Shown piece by piece: positions 19,333 through 27,639 of a stretch of 64,000 nt of DNA (within the stretch, counting starts at the first letter, position 1; every line of letters begins with the position of its first letter). The notes beneath the pieces were generated by a model. That model was not told the origin of the DNA and did no database searches. It saw only the letters and a program-made list of their open reading frames with translations. Source of the DNA: an uncultured Actinomycetes bacterium (GTDB lineage: Bacteria; Actinomycetota; Actinomycetes; Streptosporangiales; Streptosporangiaceae); NCBI GenBank assembly GCA_963840195.1, contig CAWIYD010000015.1, forward strand, positions 8,112 to 72,111, in the 5' to 3' direction. A program made the translations under genes and the position numbers.

Positions 19333-22300
19333 TCAGCCGTAGAACAGCCGCTCCATGACGGCGCGGGCCCGGCGCGCGGTGCGCCGGTAGTCCTCGACCA
19401 GGTCCTGGCCGCCATCGGGCGGGTAGCCGAGGATCCTGGCCACCGCGCTCAGCTCGGCCTGCTTGACCGGCAGCATGTCCGAGGGGCGGCCGCGCAGCAG
19501 CACGACCGCGTTGCGGATCCTGGTGGCCAGCCGCCAGGAGGCGGCCAGCGCGGCCGCGTCGTCGGCGCGGATCAGGCCCGCCTGCTCGGCCGCCGACAGC
19601 GCCGCGAGGGTGCGGGTGGTCCGCAGCCCGGCCACCTCATAGGCGTGGGTGAGCTGCAGCAGCTGGACCACCCACTCCACGTCGGACAGGCCGCCGGGGC
19701 CCAGCTTGAGATGCAGGGCGGGGTCAGTGCCACGGGGCATCCGTTCGGCTTCCATGCGTGCCTTGAGCCGCCTGATCTCCCGCACCGAGGCCTCGGAGAT
19801 GCCGCCCGCGGGGTACCGGAACTCATCGGCCATCTCCCGGAAGCGGTGGCCGAGCTCCCGGTCCCCCGCGGCGGGCTCGGCCCGGAGCAGCGCCTGCGCC
19901 TCCCAGGCGAGCGACCAGCGCTCGTAGTAGGCGCGGTAGGACGCGAGCGTGCGGACCAGCGGGCCCTGGCGGCCCTCCGGCCGCAGCCCGGGATCGATCT
20001 GCAGGGGCGGATCGGGGGCGGGCTGGCCGAGCAGCCTGCGCATCTCCTCGGCCACCGCGTGCGCGGCCCGCGATGCCGCCTGCTCCGGCGCGCCGGGCAG
20101 CGGGTCGTGCACGAACATCACGTCCGCGTCGCTGCCGTAACCGGTCTCCCGGCCGCCGAACCGGCCCATGCCCACCACGAGCACCCGGGTGGGCAGCGGT
20201 CCCCCCTCCTCCCGCTCGACGTGGCGGATCGCCGCGTCCAGCGCGCCCCCGATGGCCACCGCCGTGATCACCGTCAGCGCCTCGCTGGACTCCTCCACCG
20301 AGGTCAGCCCGAGCAGGTCCGCGGCCGCGGTGCGGAGCAGCTCGCGGCGGCGCAGCGCGCGGACCGCCTGCGCCGCCCCATCGGCGGTGGCGTGCCTGCT
20401 GACGACCGCGGCCACCTCGGCGTGCAGCGCCGCGGCCGGGCGCGGGGCCAGCTGCTCGTCCGAGCCGAGCAGGGCGACCGTCTCGGGGGCGCGCATCAGC
20501 AGGTCCGTCGCGTAGCGGCTGGAGGCGAGCAGCCGGGCCATCCGGCGGGCCACGTTCGTGTCGTCGCGGAGCAGCCGCAGGTACCAGGGCGAGTCCCCCA
20601 GGGCATCGCTGACCTGGCGGAACGCCAGCAGCCCGGCGTCCGGCTGGGCCGCGTCGGCGAACCATCCCAGCATCACCGGCAGCAGCGTGCGCTGGATCGA
20701 GGCCCGCCGGGACACCCCGGAGGTGAGGGCCTCGATGTGCCGCAGCGCCCCGGCCGGGTCGGCGTAGCCGAGGGCCTCGAGCCGGGCCCGGGCCTCCTCC
20801 CGGGTCAGCCGGACCGCGTCCGGTGGGCAGCCGGGCCACCGCATCCAGCAGCGGGCGGTAGAACAGCTTCTCGTGCAGCCGCCGGGCCTCCCGGGCATGC
20901 TGCCGCCACTGGGCCATCAGCTCGGCGGCCGGGTCGGCACGCGACGGCGGCGCCGGGGGCGGCCGCGCCGTCCCGGGTGCGGGCCCGGCGCAGCGCGCGG
21001 CCCAGCCGGCGCAGCGCCGCGTCGTCCTCCGGGAGGGTGTGGGTGCGCCGCAGCTGGCGGAGCTGCAGCAGGTGCTCGACGGTGCGCAGGAAGCGGTAGG
21101 CGGAGGCCATCGTGGCCGCGTCCTCCCGGCCGACGTAGCCGCCCTTGGCCAGCGCGGCCAGCGCCGGGAGGGTGCCCCGTTCCCGCAGCGCCTCATCGGT
21201 CCGGCCGTGCACCAGCTGGAGCAGCTGCACGGCGAACTCGATGTCGCGCAGCCCGCCCGGCCCGAGCTTGAGCTGGCGCGGGGCCTCGCCGGGGGCCAGG
21301 TTGCCGATCACCCGGCGGCGCATCGCCTGCACGTCCGCCACGAAGTGGGGCCGCCGCGAGGCCTGCCACACCATCGGGCTCAGCGCGTCGATGTACGCCT
21401 GTCCCAGCTCCCGGTCGCCGGCCACCGGGCGGGCCTTGAGCAGGGCCTGGAACTCCCAGGTCTTGGCCCAGCGCTCGTAGTAGGCGCGGTGGCTGGCCAG
21501 GGTGCGCACCAGGGGGCCGTCCCGGCCTTCCGGGCGCAGGTTCGGGTCCACCGGGAACAGCGCCCCTTCGGCGGTGGCCTGCGAGCAGACCCGGACCAGG
21601 CCGGCCGCCAGCCGGGTAGCGGTGCGCAGCGCCGCGGTCTCGTCCGGTCGGGCCATCGCGGGCGAGGCGGGGTGCGCCGCAGGCGTGTCCGCGCCGAGCG
21701 CGCGATCTCGCCGGGGGTTCCGGGGGGTCGTCGCCCGCGGGGCTGGCAGCGCGGCGCGGCCACGAAGATCACGTCTACGTCGCTGGCGTAGTTGAGTTCC
21801 CGGCCGCCGCACTTGCCCATGGCGATGACCGCCAGCCGGGCCGGTGCCGCGTCGTCCGGCAGCTGTGACCGGGCGATGGCCAGCGCCGCCTCCAGCGCCG
21901 CGGCCGCCAGGTCCGCGAGTTCCGCCGCGGTCTCATCCACGGTCACCGCGCCGGTGAGGTCCCGTGCCGCCAGCTGCAGCAGGCGGCGGCGGTAGGCCGC
22001 GGGCAGCGCGGTGGCTGGATCACCGCCGTGGGCGGCGGCCGGGTCCGCCACCGGGGCGGCCTCGTCGGGACGGGCGCCGACCGCCCGCAGCAGCTCGGCC
22101 CGCAGGTCGCCGGCGGACGCCCCGTGCAGGGCATCCGGCCCGGACAGCACGTGCCAGTCCCCCGGGTGGCGGGCCAGGTGGTCACCGAGAGCCGTGCTGG
22201 CGCCGAGCACCGCCGTGAGCCGGGCGCGCAGCCCGGCGTCCTCGCGCAGCGCCCCGGTCAGGGCACCGTCACGGGGCATCCGGGCCAGCGCGGCCAGCGC

Positions 22301-22465
22301 CAGATCCGGGTCGGCCGCGGCGGCGAGCGCGGCCAGCAGGCTCGCGTCGGCACCGTCCACGTCCAGGGCCAGGTCGTCGCTGATGATCCGCTCGGCCCGG
22401 GCTGCGTCGGCGAAGCCCATCCGGGCCAGCCTCCCAGCCGGTGTCGTCCTCCGGCGCACGCTCAC
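19333..22465 (-). pseudogene. glnE: bifunctional glutamine-synthetase adenylyltransferase/adenylyl-removing enzyme GlnE, at least 3 frame changes
   Basis: Colinear GlnE pieces in four minus-frame segments. (1) 22465 down to about 21780: ...[28 protein letters not shown]. (2) About 21650-20960: ...[40 protein letters not shown]...[15 protein letters not shown].... (3) About 20960-20830: ...[34 protein letters not shown]. (4) 20830-19333: the second nucleotidyltransferase half ...VVGMGRFGGRETGYGSDADVMFV...IDPGLRPEGRQGPLVRTL.... Confidence 0.9.
21650..21742 (+). repeat. GC-rich palindromic repeat (E-element) copy inside glnE
   Basis: GGGCCATCGCGGGCGAGGCGGGGTGCGCCGCAGGCGTGTCCGCGCCGAGCGCGCGATCTCGCCGGGGGTTCCGGGGGGTCGTCGCCCGCGG aligns position by position with the units at 40819-40990. 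Confidence 0.8.
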
Positions 22466-22604
22466 CCCTGCACCGTAACGGCATGGGGCGTGGCGGGAAC
22501 CGCCGGGAGGGACTGTGCTGCCGGGCGCCGGGGCCCGGGCAGGCGCTGCGGGGGCGGCGCGGCCGGCCCGGGGTGAGGCTGGCGCGCGGAGAAGGGCCTG
22601 CTAT

Positions 22605-22662
22605 GCCGGAGGGTTCCCCGGCCTAGCCGGGGGGGAGTGCTAGGCCCGGGGAACCCTCTGGC
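22605..22662 (-). terminator. long GC-rich hairpin at the 3' end of the SARP gene
   Basis: Arms GCCGGAGGGTTCCCCGGCCTAGC (22605-22627) and GCTAGGCCCGGGGAACCCTCTGGC (22639-22662), with one mismatch, one bulge and an 11-nt loop. The annotated stop (22640-22642) lies inside the right arm. No U-tract (common in actinobacteria). Confidence 0.4.
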
Positions 22663-25600
22663 TCCCTAACAGAAGCCGGGAGGCTCCGGCGCCGGGGCCG
22701 TCAGAGACGGCCCCGGCAGGGGGGTGCACCGGGGGGGGTAGGTGCACAACGGATAGTCTCCGCCGGCCCGGTAACGTCCCGGTAGCGTCAGTTAGCGAAG
22801 GGATTGTCAGGCTCCGACCGCGTGGTCGGCACGTAGCCGCCCAGGCAGCGTGCCCGTGCCCGCGGCCGCCGGAGATGGTGCCCGGCCGCGGCGGCGCCTC
22901 GCCGCGCAGCCTGGCCCGGACCTGGTCCGCGTCCGAGTGGTTCAGGTCCTCCAGGATGGTCAGCGCGTCCTGCCAGGCCTGCTCGGCCTGCCCCGGCTCG
23001 CCGATCGCGTGGTAGGCGTCCCCGAGGTGGACCAGCATCGTGGTCTGGTAGTAGCCCGGCCGGAAGCCCTCGATGGTGCGCAGCGCGGTGCGCAGGCAGC
23101 CGATCGCCTCTTCCAGCCGGCCCAGGTGGAACAGCACGTAGCCGACGCTGTCCCAGGTGGCGGCCTGGTTGAGCGGGTCCCCGTGGCCCTGGTACATGCC
23201 GAGCGCCTGCTCGCAGTACTCCAGGGCCTGCTCATAGTCGCCGAGCTTGGCGTGCATCCAGCCGACCCCGTTGAGCATCCTGGCCTGGCCCGGCTCGTCG
23301 CCTTCCTCCCGGTACAGGTCGAGGGACAGCTGGGCGTGCCCGAGCGCCTCGGCGAGCCGGCCCTGCCGCTCGGCCAGCAGCATGATCTCGTTGTGCGCGC
23401 GGGCCTCACCGAGCCGGTCGCCGGCTTGGCGGTGCAGGTCCAGGGACTGACGGCAGTAGTCGCGCGCCTCGGCGAGCTGGCCGAGCCGGCCGTAGGCCGC
23501 GCCGAGGTCCCGGCAGGCGTGGGCCTGGCCGGTCAGGTCACCGAGGCGCTCGGCCGCGGCCACCGCGGTCCGCTGGATGGCGACCTGGTCGTGCCAGTAG
23601 CCGGCCCGGTCGAACAGCAGCCACACCGCCCACGGCAGCTGCCACGCGTAGCTGCCGAACCCGGCCTGGTCGGCCAGCGCGATCGCGGCCAGCAGGACCT
23701 GCCGCTCGGCGGCGAACCAGTCGCGCGCCTCGCTCACCGAGCTCAGGGTCTCCGGGGTGACGCCCGGCTGCGGGGGCGCCAGCCGCACGTGGGCCCGGGT
23801 CGGGTTGAGGGCCAGGCTGCCCGAGTAGGCGCTGTGCAGGTAGTGGTCCAGGACCCGGTGCACCGCCTGCCGCCGCTCCGCCTCGTCGTCCGTGGTCCGG
23901 GCCAGGTCGGCCGCGTAGGCCCGGAGCAGGTCATGGAAGGCGTAGCGGCCCGGGGCGTGCTCGGCGATCAGGTGCGCATCCGCCAGCTCGGCCACCGCGG
24001 CCGCGGCCGCCGGCGGCTCCAGCGCGGCCAGGCTGGCCGCGGCCGCGATGCTGACGTCCGGCCCGGGGTGCAGGCCGAGCAGCCGGAACAGCCGGCCGGC
24101 GGTCTCGCTGAGCTGCTCGCAGGACCAGGAGAACACGGCCCGGACGCTGGCCACGGGATCCCCGGCGTCCAGCGCGTCCAGCCGTCCCTGCGCGTCGGCG
24201 AGCTCACGGGCCAGCCCGGTCAGCGGCAGGAACGGCCGGGCCGCCGCCCGGGCCGCCACGATGCTCAGCGCCAGCGGCAGCCGGGAGCACGACTCGATGA
24301 GCTGGTCGGCCGCCTCCGCCTCGGCGCCGGCCCGCTCGCCCAGCCGCCCGGCCAGCAGCTCATGGGCCTCGGCCGCGGTCAGCACGTCGAGCGGGACGAG
24401 CCGGGCGCCCTCGGTGGCGGCCAGGCCGGGCAGCCGGGCCCGGCTGGTCACCAGCACCAGGCAGGTCGGGCTGCCCGGCAGCAGCGGCCGCACCTGGGCG
24501 GGGTCGCGGGCGTTGTCCAGGATGACCAGCATCCGCTTATCCGCCAGCACGCTGCGGTACAGGGCCGCCTGGGCGTCGAGGCTGTCCGGGATCTGCTCCT
24601 CGGTCACCCCGAACGCGCCCAGGAACCAGCGGAGCGCATCGGCCGGGGTCACCGGCGCGCCCGACGGGCCGAAGCCGCGCAGGTTGACGTAGAGCTGGCC
24701 GTCGGGGAACTCCGCCGCGCACTGGTGCGCCCAGTGCACCGCGAGCGCCGTCTTGCCCGCTCCGGCCGTTCCGCCGATGACGAGGATCTTGACCGCCCGG
24801 GACGCGGCGGCGTCGCGCATCCAGGCGTGCAGTTCAGCCAGTTCCGCGCTGCGCCCGGCGAAGTGGGCCACGCCGGCCGGCAGCTGGCGCGGCACGACGC
24901 CGGCCTCGCGGCCGCCCTGGCCCGCCTGGACGGCCAGGGCGCCTGGTGCGGCCGTTCCCGGGACGGCGGCGGCCGGGCTCCCGGCGGGCGCCCCGCCCGG
25001 GCTCGCGGGCGGGTCTCCGGCCGGCCTCCGCACCCGGTCCTGGCCGTCCCGGCCCGGCCCGGCGGAGCGGATCCGGTCCTGCCCGGCCTTGGCCGGCCCG
25101 GGCGGGCGGCCCCGGCCGCTGCTGCGCCGCCGCGGCCCGCTCGCGCGCCGGCCGGCGGCGGTCCCGGCCGGCGCCGCACCGTCAATGGCGCCATGCTCAC
25201 GGGGCGGGCGCAGGAAGCCGGCCAGCGCCGGACCCGGCGCGGCCAGCCCCGGGTCGGCCGCCAGGATGCCGACATGCAGGTCACGAAGTTCCCCGCCGGG
25301 TTCCACGCCGAGTTCATCCACCAGCATCCGCCGGGTCCGCTGGTAGGCGGCCAGCGCCTCGGCCTGCCGTCCGCAGCGGTACAGGGCCAGCATCAGCTGG
25401 GCATGGAAGCGCTCCCGCCACGGGTGGTCGCGGGCCAGCTGGGTGAGCTCGGCGACCAGCTCGGCGTGGCGGCCCTGGGCCAGCCCGGCGTCCATCCGCC
25501 ATTCCTGGGCCTGCATCCGCAGCGCGTCCAGCCGCGGCACTTCCGCCGTGATCAGCGCGTTCGAGGGCACGTCGACCAGCGGGTTCCCGCGCCACAGGCC

Positions 25601-26062
25601 GAGCGCCTCGCCAAGCACCTCCCAGGTCCGCGCGGCGCTGGCCGCCGGGTCGCCGCCCTGCCGGACCGCGTCGGCGCCCTGCGCGCACAGCGTGGTGAAG
25701 TGCAGCGCATCCACCTCGGCGGGCGTGGCTTCCAGCGCGTAACCAGGGTCACGGGTGATGATCCGGGCGCCGGCCACCGGCCCGAGGACGTGGCGGAGCC
25801 GCTTCACGTAGTTGCGGATCGCCACCCGGGCACCGGACGGGGGCGCACCGTCCCAGATGACTTCGGCCAGCTCGTCGTAGGAGGCCACCTGCCCAGCACG
25901 GAGGGCCAGCGCGGCCAGGATCACCCGCTGCTTGGGTGCAGGGACGGTCACCTCGGCGCCGTCAGCCCGAACCATTAATGGCCCGAGCACTCCCACCCAG
26001 AACACCGACCCGTAACCCCGATCCCTGTCCCCGCTCGCCGCCCCGGCGCCAGCTCCCGCCAC
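22640..26062 (-). CDS. AfsR/SARP-family regulator (OmpR-type wHTH + BTAD + NB-ARC ATPase + TPR)
   Basis: Intact 1140-aa ORF. N-terminus ...VGVLGPLMVRADGAEVTVPAPKQRVILAALALRAG...; BTAD ...RFHAQLMLALYRCGRQAEALAAYQRTRRMLVDELGVEPGGELRDL; a Pro/Gly/Ala linker; P-loop VIGGTAGAGKTALAV, ...RMLVILDNA...LVTSR...; multiple TPR-like repeats (...GDRLGEARAHNEI...GDEPGQARMLNGVGWMHAKLGDYEQALEYCEQAL...). The start is ambiguous (GTG 26062, or GTG about 25996 giving M-GVLGPL). The last roughly 85 codons are non-TPR low-complexity running through hairpins. Confidence 0.9.
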   Translation of the reverse strand: MAGAGAGAASGDRDRGYGSVFWVGVLGPLMVRADGAEVTVPAPKQRVILAALALRAGQVASYDELAEVIWDGAPPSGARVAIRNYVKRLRHVLGPVAGARIITRDPGYALEATPAEVDALHFTTLCAQGADAVRQGGDPAASAARTWEVLGEALGLWRGNPLVDVPSNALITAEVPRLDALRMQAQEWRMDAGLAQGRHAELVAELTQLARDHPWRERFHAQLMLALYRCGRQAEALAAYQRTRRMLVDELGVEPGGELRDLHVGILAADPGLAAPGPALAGFLRPPREHGAIDGAAPAGTAAGRRASGPRRRSSGRGRPPGPAKAGQDRIRSAGPGRDGQDRVRRPAGDPPASPGGAPAGSPAAAVPGTAAPGALAVQAGQGGREAGVVPRQLPAGVAHFAGRSAELAELHAWMRDAAASRAVKILVIGGTAGAGKTALAVHWAHQCAAEFPDGQLYVNLRGFGPSGAPVTPADALRWFLGAFGVTEEQIPDSLDAQAALYRSVLADKRMLVILDNARDPAQVRPLLPGSPTCLVLVTSRARLPGLAATEGARLVPLDVLTAAEAHELLAGRLGERAGAEAEAADQLIESCSRLPLALSIVAARAAARPFLPLTGLARELADAQGRLDALDAGDPVASVRAVFSWSCEQLSETAGRLFRLLGLHPGPDVSIAAAASLAALEPPAAAAAVAELADAHLIAEHAPGRYAFHDLLRAYAADLARTTDDEAERRQAVHRVLDHYLHSAYSGSLALNPTRAHVRLAPPQPGVTPETLSSVSEARDWFAAERQVLLAAIALADQAGFGSYAWQLPWAVWLLFDRAGYWHDQVAIQRTAVAAAERLGDLTGQAHACRDLGAAYGRLGQLAEARDYCRQSLDLHRQAGDRLGEARAHNEIMLLAERQGRLAEALGHAQLSLDLYREEGDEPGQARMLNGVGWMHAKLGDYEQALEYCEQALGMYQGHGDPLNQAATWDSVGYVLFHLGRLEEAIGCLRTALRTIEGFRPGYYQTTMLVHLGDAYHAIGEPGQAEQAWQDALTILEDLNHSDADQVRARLRGEAPPRPGTISGGRGHGHAAWAATCRPRGRSLTIPSLTDATGTLPGRRRLSVVHLPPPVHPPAGAVSDGPGAGASRLLLGSQRVPRA

Positions 26063-26077
26063 AGTCCTAGCTGACTG

Positions 26078-27439
26078 TCACAGCACCGGCAGGTAACGGT
26101 CCAACTCGAACTGGGTGACCTGGTGCCGGTACTCACGCCACTCAGCACGCTTGTTGCGCAGGAAGAAATCGAACACCTGCTCGCCCAGTGCCTGCGCCAC
26201 CAACTCGCTGTCCTGCATCGCCGTGATCGCCTCATCCAGGCTCTGCGGCAGCGGCGAGATGCCCAGCGCCCGGCGCTCCGCCGAGGTGAGCGCCCACACA
26301 TCGTCCTCTGCCCCGGGGGGCAGTTCGTAGCCGGCCTCGATTCCTTTCAGCCCTGCTTCCAGGATCACCGCGAACGCAAGGTAAGGGTTGCAAGCCGAGT
26401 CTACCGAGCGAAACTCGACACGGGTGGCATTTCCCTTCTGCGGCTTGTACATGGGCACGCGGACCAGGGCGGACCGGTTGTTATGACCCCAGCAAATGTA
26501 GGCGGGCGCCTCCCCGCCTGCTCCGGCCGTGCGCTCCGCCGCGCCCCACAGCCGCTTATAGGAGTTCACCCACTGGTTACACACAGCGGTGATCTCCGCG
26601 GCGTGGCGGAGCAGCCCGGCGATGAAGGCCCGGCCGAGCTTGGACAGCTGGAATTCCGCACCCGGCTCATAAAAGACATTACGGTCGCCCTCAAAGAGCG
26701 ACATATGCGTATGCATGCCGGAGCCGGGATACTCGGTGAACGGCTTCGGCATAAAGGACGCGTACACTCCCTGCTGGAGCGCGACCTCCTTCATGACCAG
26801 CCGGAACGACATGATGTTGTCCGCGGTGGTCAGCGCGTCGGCGTAGCGGAGGTCAATCTCCTGCTGGCCGGGAGCCCCCTCGTGATGGCTGAACTCCACC
26901 GAGATGCCCATGCTCTCCAGCATCTGGATGGACACGTGCCGGAAGTCGTGGGCGACGCTGTGCGGCGTGTGGTCGAAGTACCCGCCGGTGTCGATGGGCT
27001 GCGGCTTGACGCCCGCGACCGGCTTCTCCTTGAGCAGGAAGAACTCCACCTCGGGATGGGTGTAGAAGGTGAAGCCCAGGTCGGCGGCGTGGCCGAGGGC
27101 CCGCTTGAGCACGTAGCGCGGGTCGGCATAGGACGGTGAGCCGTCCGGCATCCGGATGTCGCAGAACATCCGGCCCACCCCGGAGGCCTCGCCGCGCCAG
27201 GGCAGCAGCTGGAACGTGGAGGCATCCGGCTTGGCCAGCATGTCGGCCTCGTAGACCCGGGCGAAGCCCTCGATCGCTGAGCCGTCGAAGCCGATGCCCT
27301 CGGCGAAGGCGCCCTCCAGCTCGGCAGGGGCGACCGCCACCGACTTGAGGTAGCCCAGCACGTCGGTGAACCACAGCCGGACGAAGCGGATGTCCCGCTC
27401 CTCCAGGGTGCGGAGGACGAATTCTTCCTGCCTGTCCAT
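26078..27439 (-). CDS. glnA2: glutamine synthetase, GlnA2 type
   Basis: Internal ATG 27439 gives MDRQEEFVLRTLEERDIRFVRLWFTDVLGYLKSVAVAPAELEGAFAEGIGFDGS.... This is the N-terminus I recall for mycobacterial GlnA2. Also the GS motifs ...SVEFSHHEGAPGQQEIDLRYADAL..., ...FMPKP...GSGMHTHMSLF..., ...NRSALVRVP.... Confidence 0.95.
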   Translation of the reverse strand: MDRQEEFVLRTLEERDIRFVRLWFTDVLGYLKSVAVAPAELEGAFAEGIGFDGSAIEGFARVYEADMLAKPDASTFQLLPWRGEASGVGRMFCDIRMPDGSPSYADPRYVLKRALGHAADLGFTFYTHPEVEFFLLKEKPVAGVKPQPIDTGGYFDHTPHSVAHDFRHVSIQMLESMGISVEFSHHEGAPGQQEIDLRYADALTTADNIMSFRLVMKEVALQQGVYASFMPKPFTEYPGSGMHTHMSLFEGDRNVFYEPGAEFQLSKLGRAFIAGLLRHAAEITAVCNQWVNSYKRLWGAAERTAGAGGEAPAYICWGHNNRSALVRVPMYKPQKGNATRVEFRSVDSACNPYLAFAVILEAGLKGIEAGYELPPGAEDDVWALTSAERRALGISPLPQSLDEAITAMQDSELVAQALGEQVFDFFLRNKRAEWREYRHQVTQFELDRYLPVL

Positions 27440-27543
27440 GACAGCCTGTCCTTGCTGGTCAGCGGCTTTTACCTGCGTGGATGCGGGCAGCACAGCATAT
27501 CGGCTGACCGAGCCTGCCCTGGGCGCCAGTGTCTCGCGACCGT

Positions 27544-27559
27544 GTTACCGGGACGTTAC
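27544..27559. promoter_or_regulatory. candidate GlnR box (GTTAC-n6-GTTAC) in the glnA2/nadE divergent spacer
   Basis: GTTAC (27544-27548), CGGGAC, GTTAC (27555-27559). This fits the gTnAc-n6-GaAAc architecture described for actinobacterial GlnR sites, about 105 nt from the glnA2 start and about 80 nt from the nadE start. Confidence 0.35.
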
Positions 27560-27639
27560 AAGGCCGTCGCGAGTCTACTCGCCTGCTGCCCGGCCGGCCA
27601 GGCCGGGCAGCAGGCCGGACCGCGTCATACAGTGACAAC

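Noticed and set aside
22850-25978. 1042-aa ORF on the plus strand
   Set aside because: It is exactly antisense to the SARP gene, which has clear BTAD/NB-ARC/TPR motifs. The product is Arg/Gly/Pro/Ala low-complexity, as expected for the antisense frame of a very GC-rich gene.
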